Positions 48,845 to 60,145 of a DNA stretch of 64,000 bases are shown here, piece after piece. Numbering within the stretch: position 1 is the stretch's first letter; each line of letters starts with the position of its first letter. Source of the stretch: Takakia lepidozioides (taxonomy: Eukaryota > Plantae > Bryophyta); the NCBI GenBank assembly GCA_030704615.1, contig CM060731.1:87730001-87794000 (forward strand), in the 5' to 3' direction. Under the pieces are notes generated by a model that did no database searches, was not told the origin of the DNA, and worked only from the letters and a program-made list of their open reading frames with translations. The position numbers were made by a program, and so were the translations under genes.

Positions 48845-51800
48845 GAACCATTTTTGAATGACCTCATACTTGTTCAGTACCTGTTTGACGGCATGTACAA
48901 TATACTGGCAAAGTTTCAAAACAATCAAAAATTGCTGAATGAAGATACCATTGGTTCACCTATTGCAATATTTTAAATCGAACTCATACTTGTCCGGTAC
49001 CTTTAAGAGGGCATGTACAATGCAGTGGCAAAGTTTGAAAGCATTCAGAAATCGGCACATCAAGTAACCATTGTTCGTTCCTCCTTATAAACCATTTTTT
49101 ATTGATCTCATACTTGTCCGGTCCATGTAAGAGGCATGTAGAACATATTGGCAAAATTCAAATCATTCCAATTTTCAAGGAACCTTGGTTTATCCTTTTT
49201 ACCATAACGATTAATCACAAATAAATGAACAGACGAATAAAATCATTTGCCTCCAAATAATTTTGGTTCGCTTGAGACTTTGCCAAGTATATTTAATGTA
49301 CCATGGAAGAGGCCCCAGACTAATATGAGATCAATCGAAATTTGTTCAATGGGTCAACGGATGGTTGCCCATCCAAATGATTTTCGTCCGCTTTGAGACT
49401 TGGCTAGTGTGTTCAATGTACCCTTGATAGGTCCTACTGTAATATGAGATCAATCGAAATTCGTTCGATGGGCCAATTGAGGCGTTCAGTTGTCATCTGT
49501 TTTGTTCATTGCGAAAAAAAAAAATCCTGCAATGTGTGAACGGCTATTGCACCATTGAATGGATGTGGTTGAAGCCCCTCTTTTGCCCGCATGTACTTGA
49601 ACATGTGTGCGACACATGTGCGGAGACACAACAGACGAATAAATCATTTGCCTCCCCATCGACACCAAGCCATTCCATAATGTAATTGAATTTAAATTCA
49701 TTTTAAGCCAAAAAAGAGATTTGCACTGCCGTCATTGGGGGTTTCGGGCACGTATCGATTTTGTTTTGGCTCAATTTTGTTCTGCGGCTTCAGCATCCCA
49801 CTGCACTGCCCCGCCAAAATTGGACAAATAAAAAATGCACACAAAAGAAAAAATGTTCTCTTCGTTTTGGCTCACTATGTTGCAGAAATTTTCTAGGTAG
49901 AGTGCATGAAAGTAGAGCACAAAAAGCAAGTTTGGAGTGCAAACGGGGCAAAAAAACTGTGGTTTTGGGTCCAAATGAATTTGATCGCTCCCAAATTTGG
50001 CACGCCACGTTGCAGATGGAGTATTACACGCCCATTCAAAAATGGAATGAAAAAAAAAAACATGCGCACGTGAAACGCAGTCCAACAGGTCCCAAAGTAA
50101 TAGCAGATCCAACAGAATACATTCAAGGGTGAGCGGATGGTTGCCCATCCAAATCATTTTGGTTGCTTCCAAACTTTGCCAGTACGTTTGAGAACCCTCT
50201 CACAGGTCCCGGACTAAGATCACATCAATCAAATTCATTGATGGCTCAACAACTGGTTGGCAATCGAAATGATTGGTCGCTTTAGACTTGGCCGGCACAT
50301 GATTATGTGCCGAACAAACACAACAACCATGACACCATGGAGACAGTGGGTGTAAACTTACATCCCTCCTGTTCAATGTGCCATATAAAGAGGCCCCAGA
50401 GTAATCTGAGATCAATCGACAAAAAAAAAAAAAAATTTTCGTTCAGTGGGCCAAGGAATGGGGCTTATCCAAATGATTTCATTCGCTTTGAAAACTGGCC
50501 AGTGTGTCAAGTACCCTGTACGTCCCTGCCCCAGTGTAAACGAGATCACTCGAAATTCGGAAATTCATGCAATGTCCACAGGAGGCGTTCACGTGCCCAT
50601 CTGGTTTTGCTAATGCAAAAAAAAAAAACCTGCACATGCGTGCATGGCTATTGCCAAACCATTGGATGGATGGGTTGGAAGCCACTCTTTGCCCCAGTGG
50701 GGAACATGGGTGGAGCACATAATTAGACAAAAAAATCTGCCTGACCCATCGTAAGCGCACCCCTCAAGCTATTCCACAATTTAATTGAATTTAAATTCAT
50801 CTAAGCCAATAAATAGATTTGCAACTGCATTTACGTGGGGTTATGGCACGTGATCGATTTGGTTTTGGCTCAATTTGTTCTGCGGCCTTCAAGCATCCCA
50901 CTGCTACTACCCCATCCCCAGAATTGGGACCAAATCAAAAGTGCCCCCAAAAAAAAAAAGTTCTCTTCGCTATATTGAAGAACTTCTATGACGCCAGAGT
51001 GGAATAACGTTAAGAGGGCACAAAAAGCAAGTTGGGAAAAGATCCAAAACGGGCAAAAAAAGTGGTTTGGGTCCAAATGAATTTTGATCGCTCCCAAATT
51101 TGGCACGCACGTTGCATATGGAGTCATTACACGCCATTCAAAAACGGATTGAAAAAAAAAACATGAGCACGTGAAACGCAGTCCAACAGGTCCCAAAGTA
51201 ATAGCAGATCCCACATAATACATTCAATGGGTGAACGGATGGTTGCCCATCCAAATTATTTTTGTTTGCTTCCAAACTTTGCGAGTACGTTTGAGACACC
51301 CTCTCACAAGTCCCGGACTAATATCAGATCAATCAAAATTTATTCGATGGCTCAACGGATGGTTGGCTATCGAAATGATTTTGGTTCGCTTTGAGACTTG
51401 GCCAGTATGTTCAATGTACCATGGAAGAGGCCACAGAGTAATATGAGATCAACCGAAATTCGTTCAATGGGCCGACGGATGGTTGCCCATCCAAATGATT
51501 TTCGTTTGCTTTGAGACTTGGCCAGTGTGTTCAATATACTCTCTGATAGGTCCATCCAACAGGGGAACTGTTGGTTCACCCTTTGAACCATTTAACATTG
51601 ACATCATAGTTGTCCAGTAAGTTTAAGAGGGCATGTACAAGACACCCGCAAAGTTTCAAATGAATCCAAAATCATTTGGCAGGGGAATGATTGGTTCACC
51701 CATAGCCAATTTAAGGGGCTGAAATTGCCATTTATGGGGCTCGAATTGCCAATTTCAGGGGCTGGACTTGCAATTTGAGGGGCTGAAACTGCCATCCCAA

Positions 51801-53300
51801 GGGCTTCAATTGCCAATTTCAGGGGCTACACTAGCAATTGTCATTTCACAGGCTACAGTTGCAATTTGACGGAATTGCCATTTCAGGGGCTAGAAGTGCA
51901 ATTTGAGGGGTTGGAATTGACAATTTCAAGGGCTCAAATTACAACTTGAGGGGCGGCCGGGGTTGGTCATTTTAGGGACTGGCATTGCCAATTTTAAGGG
52001 CTTGAATTGCATTTTGAATTGTAATTCAAGGTAATGGGCAATTGGGGGGCTAGAATTACCAAAGCAATGACATCCAAAGCAATATAAAATCATTTGATAG
52101 CGGAATGATTGGTTCACCCTTTCAACCATTTTTTATTCACGTCATACTTGTTCGGTACTTGTAGGAGGGCATGTGGCTGACACTTGCAAAGCTTCAAAGC
52201 AATGTAAAATCATTTTATAGGGGAACAATTGGTTCACCCTTTCAACCATATTTTACTGACTTCATACTTGTCCGGTACCTTTAAAATGGCATGTGAAAGA
52301 CACTTGCAAAGCTTTAAAGCACTCCAAAATCATTTGATATGTTCATGATTGATTCACCCTTTCAACCATTTTAGATTGATTTGAAACTTGTGAAAGACCT
52401 GTAAGAGGGCATGTACAAGACACTTGCAAAGTTTCAAATCAATTTAAAATCATTTGGTAGGGGGACGATTGGTTCACCCTTTAAACCATTTTAGATTGAT
52501 GTCATACTTCTCAAAGACGTGTAAGAGGGCATGTAGAAGACACTTGCAAAGTTTCCGTTCACCCTTTCATCGAATTTTGAATTGAACTGGATTTTTACCA
52601 AATAAAATGATTTAGAGGGCATAGGATTGTGGGGCGCAATGAGTGTGGGGCGCAATGATTTTGTTTTTGGCTTGATTTTGTTCTGTGAGTTGAACCCTCA
52701 CACCACCACATCCTTGCCAAAAAATGTACCAAAGAAAAATGTTTGGAAAAAAAACGTTCATCCTTTGCTCTATGCTCACTATTGCAGAACTCTCTATGAA
52801 GAGTGCATGAAGTTGAAGATAACTTCACCTTGGAGTGCAAATGAGGGAATAAAATGTGTTTTGGATGCAGACGATGTCTGTTCATGGTGATATTTTGCAT
52901 GCAACTCTTCATGTTGTTATCAAGCATATGGCTTCAGAATGGAATTAAAAACAATCCATGTGCAGGCGAAAGGTTGTTTCTCCTTATGAATTTTGAATAA
53001 CCCATTCAAACAACTTTGTTGAAGTTCAACTTTGGTCCATATGTGCTTAAGTACGTACAAATCACGTACACAAAGTTGCAAGCGAAGAAATAATCATTTG
53101 CCCCCCGAACGACTCGTTAAACCTTTCAACCAATTTTCAATCAAATCATTTAATAGGGGAACTATTGGTTCACCCTTAGAACCATTTTAGATTGACCTCA
53201 TACTTGTCCGATAACTTAAAGAGGGCATGTACAAGACACTCCCAAAGTTTCAAATCAATCTAAAATCATTTGGCAGGGGAATGATTGGTTCACCCATTGA
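48845..53300. repeat. Satellite B block with internal inversion (~49250-51560)
   Basis: 120-bp units in reverse (48845-49170), forward (to ~51555) and reverse (to 53300) orientation; ~1-kb higher-order unit as at 30859. Confidence 0.85.
51710..52060 (+). repeat. ~20-bp minisatellite (GCAATTTCAGGGGCT-like) within satellite B
   Basis: Repeated AATTT(C/G)AGGGGCT. Confidence 0.75.
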
Positions 53301-53462
53301 CCCGGTGTACACTGTCACTCTTCAAGATTCGTGGCTGTGGTGCTTGATTATCCCATATGATGGACCCATGTGCCATGGCCAAGTAACAAACCATTAAAAC
53401 ATTATGGTACGAGACAAACACAATTGACAACATTTATTCAAACATGATGTACAGTCAGAGGT

Positions 53463-53979
53463 CTACAAGTTTCTATCCATCCTCCAGCAATTTTTGGGCT
53501 CAGGCCAATTGAATAGCCCCGTCATGAAATGCTTCACAACATTTTTTAGTTTGTACCGCAACTCTACTGTGTCTACACACAAGTTTTCCAGAGCGGAAGC
53601 AAAACAAGTTCCAGTAGACATATCGTTGAACAGACTTGCATCGAACGTGTTACCCCCATTTATTGCCTGGGCTATCTTCCCAATTGCAAAAGTCTCTGAT
53701 GACACAGTTAGAGGGGGCCTACGAGGTGTGTCATCTGACTGGTTGTTGGCTACATTATGAACGCAATTTCAGGTGCAATCCACCATCTATGTGTGAGAGT
53801 CTTTATCATCTTGTCTCTGCTCTCAAAAATGTACAACGTGGTTTTTGGGTCATCCGTCGTGGAGGCCATCCCCCAATCGCATACCCCGATGTACACATCT
53901 TCAGACCCTTGTGGAAAATGCAACAAGATGTTGTCAGGGGACATGTCGTTGTGCAAGAGGTGGTGATTATGGACGTTAA
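53463..53979 (-). pseudogene. Protein kinase C-lobe
   Basis: NVHNHHLLHNDMSPDNILL (VIb), VCDWGMA (VII), WWIAPE (VIII), SETFAIG (IX). Confidence 0.9.
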
Positions 53980-54606
53980 CTAGAATTACCTACTTCTAGT
54001 TAATTCGGACATTTTGGATATTTATATCTGTATTTTGTGTGTTGGGACTTCATTTGGTCTCACATGCCAAGTGAGGTGTCAAGCCTCACTTGGGACATGG
54101 GGATGGGTTTTCCCCTTGTGAGGGTTGAGGAGGGCTCATCTTCTTGTAGCTGAGCCTCCATGAGCCTCTCTCACCTCCATAGCTCTAGGTATTGAGAGGG
54201 AGTGTGGTGAGGGCTTTGTAGGATGGATTCCCTTAGCAAGGGTGCCCTTGGCTTGACTTAGTTTATGTGATTGAGTGGATTCATGGGTGGAGTGTTTCCA
54301 TTGTGTCACTATCACTATAAGAAGATGACCTTATGCTTGTGAGTGCGGAGTGTAAGGATTAGTTTAGCACTTGTGTTCCAGTGTACACCAAGGAGTGAGA
54401 GATCTAGGAAAGCTCAAGTATCTCACAAGGCTTGCAAGGTGTTGCAAGGGAGAGTGTTTTTGCATTGCATCAAGGAGGTGGAGAGCTCAAGGAGAGAGCT
54501 CTTGAGTTACAAGACTTTGCAAGTATTGCAAAGAGAAAGTCTTGTATGTGTAGAAGCATTATTGTGCACTAAGGGTTTGAGAGCTTGAAAAAGAGCTCTT
54601 GCATCA

Positions 54607-54779
54607 AAGCAAGTATGACGCCTCCCGAAGGGAGTGTAACTTATGGTGTCACTTCACCACAAGGGCTACTGCCTTCCAGCTGAAAGGTGGACACCTTCAT
54701 GACACACCAGACCGTGGTTTGAACCCCCAACCACATCCGTGGTATGTGCCCATTACCACTGGGCTACATGATGGTTGGC
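54607..54779 (-). mobile_element. tRNA-derived SINE, second copy
   Basis: Near-identical to 5308-5482; 12-bp TSD GCTCTTGCATCA (54595-54606 / 54780-54791). Confidence 0.9.
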
Positions 54780-55879
54780 GCTCTTGCATCACAAGATCAA
54801 GCTCCAGTTGTTCACATGTGGTGTGAAAGAGAAGCCAAAGAGCAGCACATGCTTGGGTTGGAAATACCATAGAAGGATGACAACAAAGATAGCTTGAGGA
54901 GCATTGAGTAGTTCAAGAGAAGCTAAGAAGTGGTTTTTCTATCCACATGGTGCAATGAAGCCAAGTGGGGTTTCATTTGGTTGACAAACAAGCGAGCTAA
55001 GGCGCTAGAAGGGAATGCTTTTGCTAATTCTATGAGTTCTTGGATTGCTCTTGGTGAAGCAAGTGACGCGTATGTGGAGCATGCTTTCCAAGTGTGGCTT
55101 CCAACTTCAAGCTTGAGGAGAGCTAGAAGGTGAAGTGAGCAAGTTCATTCCTTTGTGTATGAGGTGGTGCATGTTGTGGAAGAGAAGCCAAGGAGCTATA
55201 TAGGCTAGGGCTTGAAGACAACAAAAACAAACACTTGGAGAGATGTTGAAGAAGGTCAAGATGACCCCAAAGGGAAACATGTGGGTGAAAATTCTATCCA
55301 TGATGATGTGAAACCAAGCCTAGAGCATTGAAGAGCTTGGAGCACATGTGGGAGATCATTGGAGGTGGTCTTCATGAAGAAAGGAGATTGTGGCTCGAGG
55401 CATGCATAGCAACTTCAACCATACATTAGTATGTGACAAGACAAGGAAGGGGAAGGTGAAGCTCATGTATTCATTCCCTTCTGGCTTAAGTTTTTGTGGT
55501 AGATGGTTGATCAAGCAAGTGATGCTTATGTGGAGCATGCTCTTTAGGGCTTATGACTTCAAGTTTGAGAAGATGAGCTCTTGAATAAAGATGTGGATAC
55601 ACATTATTGTGAATGAAGACAACACCTAGGTCAAGAGGTGGAAGTGTGTGTGACTAGCCCAGGCAAGGGAAAGCACATGTTATAAGAGAAATCTTCATCT
55701 TATTATTTATTAAAACTATATATATATATAATGATCTACATTGAAATTCATCCGAATAACTTCTTTTTCAAGCTCAACTCCCTTTATTTGCAGCAACTCG
55801 CGATTTTTAGCAACCTTTGCAAGATAATACTCAGCTGAACATTCCTCGTCATCGTTTGAATTCACCCGTGCTTTAGCAC

Positions 55880-57490
55880 ATCATATTGGCTCAGGAGCAC
55901 GAGTTGCTGTTCGAGTGATAGCAGCAGCACAGTCCAGTACGTGCAATGGCCCTGCAAGTGCGGCTCCACACATGAAGCCCATACCAATCTGGTCTTCCCT
56001 GGGCATAGGAGGTTGTGCAGGTGGGGCTTGAACCTCAGGCCTTGGAGCTGGCGCAACATGAGTAGTGGCCATGGCAGCAAGACATTGCTCTAGCTGGGCA
56101 AGCCTATCCACCACCTTGGTCATGACCTTGACCCTGTCCCTGTGCTCCTTGGTTTTGGTTACGACCTTCGCCACGACCTCTGCCTCCTCTACCTCTCTGG
56201 ACAACATTGCCTCGTCCTCGGCCACCATTGTTCCCTTGGAACTGGCCTGACCGTAGCTCAGGATGTAAGTCATAACAATGGGCCTTCTCATGCCCATACT
56301 TGCCACAATGCCCACACTGTAATTGTGTAGGTTGTGCCTGTGTCGGCCCTTTGTCTCTTTCCGGGCAATCCTTCTTGACATGGGGTCCTCCACAATCCCA
56401 ACATGACACACTCATCTGTTGTTGGCATGAGAATGAAGGAAGAGACCTTTGCATCTGAGATCCTCTCTGACCTTCCCTGGGCTTCGTCTAAGTCCCCTTG
56501 TTGCCTTGAGCACGTTAGGGAGTTGGTTGTTGTTGACTAGGAGTCCCACTTCGTTATGTCTCCTTGCCAATCCCCACCATAACCACTCGCTCCTCCACCA
56601 TGTTGAGCTCTATCCGCTCTGCTAGCAAAAACACATTTGCTAGGGTAGGTTGGGCCACTTGTAAGAGAGTTGCATCCCGCACCCTTCTCCTCAGCTCCTT
56701 GTCCAATATCCCATACCAGAATTGGACTACTTGAGCTTCCGTAACCCCTTGGGTTACATTTATCAAGCGCCTCATGCGAGTGTAAGCCTCCCTCAAACTC
56801 TCAGTAGGCTTTCACTGGAACTCTTGCAAGCTCCGCAACTTCTCTGTTCTCACCCCCTGGTAGTTTCTTCTCAACTCTTGGAAGAACTCCACAATCGGGT
56901 TGAAGGCAGGCACAGGTGTTGGTGCAACGGCAGGAGCTGCAGTGGATGTCCCAGCTGATCCTGACCCACTTGTTCCACTACTGCTTGCAGAAGCCAACGG
57001 TGTAGCTGTTAGTATCGCCGCTGCCTTTGTGCCTTTAGTGATGGAGATGTAATTAGGTGACCAATACTGTCGCCACTCCTCAATCTCCACGACATGTCCC
57101 CGCCTAAATTCATGGTAATCATCTATAGGCGGCCCCTCAAGGTGCTGGAATAGCCCCTTCCACGCCATAAATGACGTAAATAGTTGTGGATTACGCATCT
57201 GCTGCAAATCACACCAATTGTCAAAATCCTGTATGAAGTCATCAAGCTCGATGGTGCCCACAGCTCCAGAGTACGTACGTGGCCCCTTGGTAGTTCCATA
57301 CATCTCCTCTATCGTGTCCCACAACAATGGCACGGAAATGGCTTGCACCCTTGGCGAGAATCCTCCTAACTCAGAGTTTGAACCTTCCTTAGAAGACACT
57401 GAAGGTGGCCTACACTGTACACCTCGTCTTGTGTACCCACTAGTATCGCTGGTGCTCGTACCGGCACTCCCCTCAGCAACTGGTGGCACC
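55880..57490 (-). mobile_element. LTR-retrotransposon gag with two CCHC knuckles
   Basis: CWDCGGPHVKKDC, CGHCGKYGHEKAHC; gag-like LDDFIQDFDNWC. Element boundaries not resolved. Confidence 0.8.
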
Positions 57491-59222
57491 TCCGTGATGA
57501 AAATTCACAACCACGCCGGTTGTACATCTGTCTCTAATCCCCCTTTCCACAAGGTAACCGGGAAAAGAACCCGTTGTGACTGATGATTTGTAGGAATACT
57601 GGGTTTCTAACGTAGACCTGTACCTACACCTGCATCCACCGCAAACACTCCTATGGTCTGCTGGTCATCAACCCAGCCTCACCATAGGAGAAACAATGAT
57701 GGTCTGACTGGTCATCACCCCAACCTCACCACCGACAGCATACTCTAGGATTGGCCGGTGATAAAATCCGGACCAACCTCCTATGAAAACAAGCGCCCAC
57801 ACAAAGCTAACATGGTGCACAGTCAGACATGCAGGTGTGGAGGGGATCCAAACACAAGAAAATCAAGACAGTAACTCCCCCACACCAAGACACTCCACAG
57901 TGTCGCTCCTGCAAGGACACCCCAGCCCAAACCCGGACTGACTTTTGCCTCCACCTATGGAAAGGTTTTGGCCTACAGAGAGGGTGGAAGACTACGTAGA
58001 AGAGAGACAAAAGCAATTCCTAATCCCAAAATGCTCTCATCCCACTAGTCTCCCCTATCTCTAAACGCTCTTGCTCATGACCAACAGACAAGACTACCTT
58101 CCAGGGTCTCTCCAATAACTCTCCAAGAGCCCTCAAGATGTCTCTCAAACAATCTCACTATGGCTCCCAAAGCTTGTACAATTGGACTCGAAATAGTCCA
58201 CCAAGGCCCCAAGAGCCTGCCAAATCTTGGCCCTCAAGGACCCCATATAGTCCTTCAAACAAGTCACCAAAGACTCTTTAAGCTCGCCAAATATTGGCCT
58301 CCAAGGACCCCAAACAATCCTCCAAATAGCCCTCCAAAGGCTCCAAAGGTTTGTCAAATATTGGTTTTCAATGACCCCCAATAGTCCTCCAAACAATCTT
58401 CCAAACACCCCTTCAAGAGCTCTTCAAGTGTCTTACAAAAGCTCCTCAAATGACCCCCCCAAAGATCCTCCAAAGGCAATACTCCTCCAGAGACACCCTA
58501 GATGTCATACACTTTTAATGAAAACGTATGGTAGGCAAAGTCTCTCCACAAGTGTATGGTGGGACAGAGGGAGCCCATACTCTGTTCACAAAAATGTATG
58601 TTGGGTAGAGGGGGCCCATACACTGTTCACAAAAGTGTATGTTAGGCAGTGGGAGCCCATACACAGTTTCTTGAAGTGTATGGAGACTAGGGTTTGTAGA
58701 GTATAGTAAGAAACACCATACACATTATTGCTCCTGATCCATGCTTCTACCCCAAGGCTTAAGGAGTTTATATGATGGTGAGAAACACCTTCTTCATGGT
58801 ATCTTCCCCCCTAACATGCATGCAAGATTGCATTGTCTTACCTTGCAATGCATTCATCACAAATTGACAAGTTCCTCTTGATCTCCTTGGAACTCATAGC
58901 AAGCTAATGTGCCCAATGACATGCGCCAAGCCTTGCTTCAATTTGAATTTTGTATGCCATCTAAAGATTTGCATGTGTGCATATAGATATAACATATTGC
59001 GGTGATATTTGCATACTAAAACAGTAGCACGCTGAATTAACATCTACAACGTGTTTTTATTTACATATAATTATGAACGGGAAAGGTGGTGGCCCCAAAA
59101 AATTATGACCTACTTTGAATCGTTGTTATGTATGTCAGTCTCACCTATTAAGATGAAAAAAAATAAAAAATCTTAGCAAAACAATTTCCTTGATATGCTG
59201 TCTTTCCTCTACGGTTGTGTAG

Positions 59223-59964
59223 GCAAAGGTCGACGTAGATGCATTAGAAAATGACATGTCACAAATTATAGACTCAAACAATAATTTGCGAACTAGTGGC
59301 ATGACAATCCTTAAATTGTTGAATTAGATGAGCAAAATCAACTGAAGTTGACACTCAGCAAATGTAGAGATCGTGTTCCCTTTCAAAAAACGAGAACAGA
59401 GATCCTTGTTGCGAGTAAGCATCTTTTTCCCAACTTAGACTCAATTTTAGTTGTTGTACTTGTACTATTAATATTGGATATGATAGTTTAGTAATCCAAC
59501 TTAGTGTGACAATTATATAACAATATTTATGTATGATGTTGTAAAATATTTCATTATTAGTGACAATTTTATTTTATTTAGGACAAAGCCCCAAAAGATT
59601 TTATTTCATTGACAAACAATTATTACATGTAATTTATCTATGAACAAAGTTATGTAGACAAACTCTATTACTTTAACAACTTTTTTTTTACTGAAAAATG
59701 TACAGTCGGAAGCTGACACTGATCCAATTAATTTTTAGAGAGATGTTTGATATACATGATCTAGATGAGGTACAAGCTCGGATTGAGAATGCGGAGAAAG
59801 GACGTGATAATGTCAACAAATATTGTGACGATCTTGCAAGGAAGTTGGACATAGCGGCAAGGGAGCAAGAAGAGAAAAATAATAAGCACAAGCGTGCCTC
59901 TCATCAACTTGAGAAGCTTATTAAAGAGCTTAAAGAAAAATCAGTGTACGTACAGAAATTTTAG
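59223..59964 (+). pseudogene. Intron-containing coiled-coil gene fragment of unknown identity
   Basis: Exon-like 59223-59415 ending GTAAGC; ORF 59698-59964 rich in heptad E/K/L. Confidence 0.3.
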
Positions 59965-60145
59965 ATATTTTAAATAATAAACCCCATGTTCAAATAAAAT
60001 AAAATAAAATAAAATAAAATAAAAAAGTGGAAAATTCATGATTTTATCTTTTGAAGAAAAGAGCTAGAAGCCCCTTAAATCATCATTTATGACAAGAAGA
60101 TCGGACTGTCACCCAAGGGAAAATAACCTTGGCATAAATATTGCT

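Larger units (their letters stand above)
42089..53979 (+). mobile_element. Cargo hAT transposon, transposase-side portion (TPase, RING, satellite B, kinase C-half)
   Basis: CAGGGTTGCA terminus, ACGT block, palindrome array, TATA, then the listed genes; completed by 9427-11389. Confidence 0.75.

Noticed and set aside
53990-55700. Defined LTR or gene
   Set aside because: AG-rich repeat-like sequence; no boundaries or protein motifs could be established.
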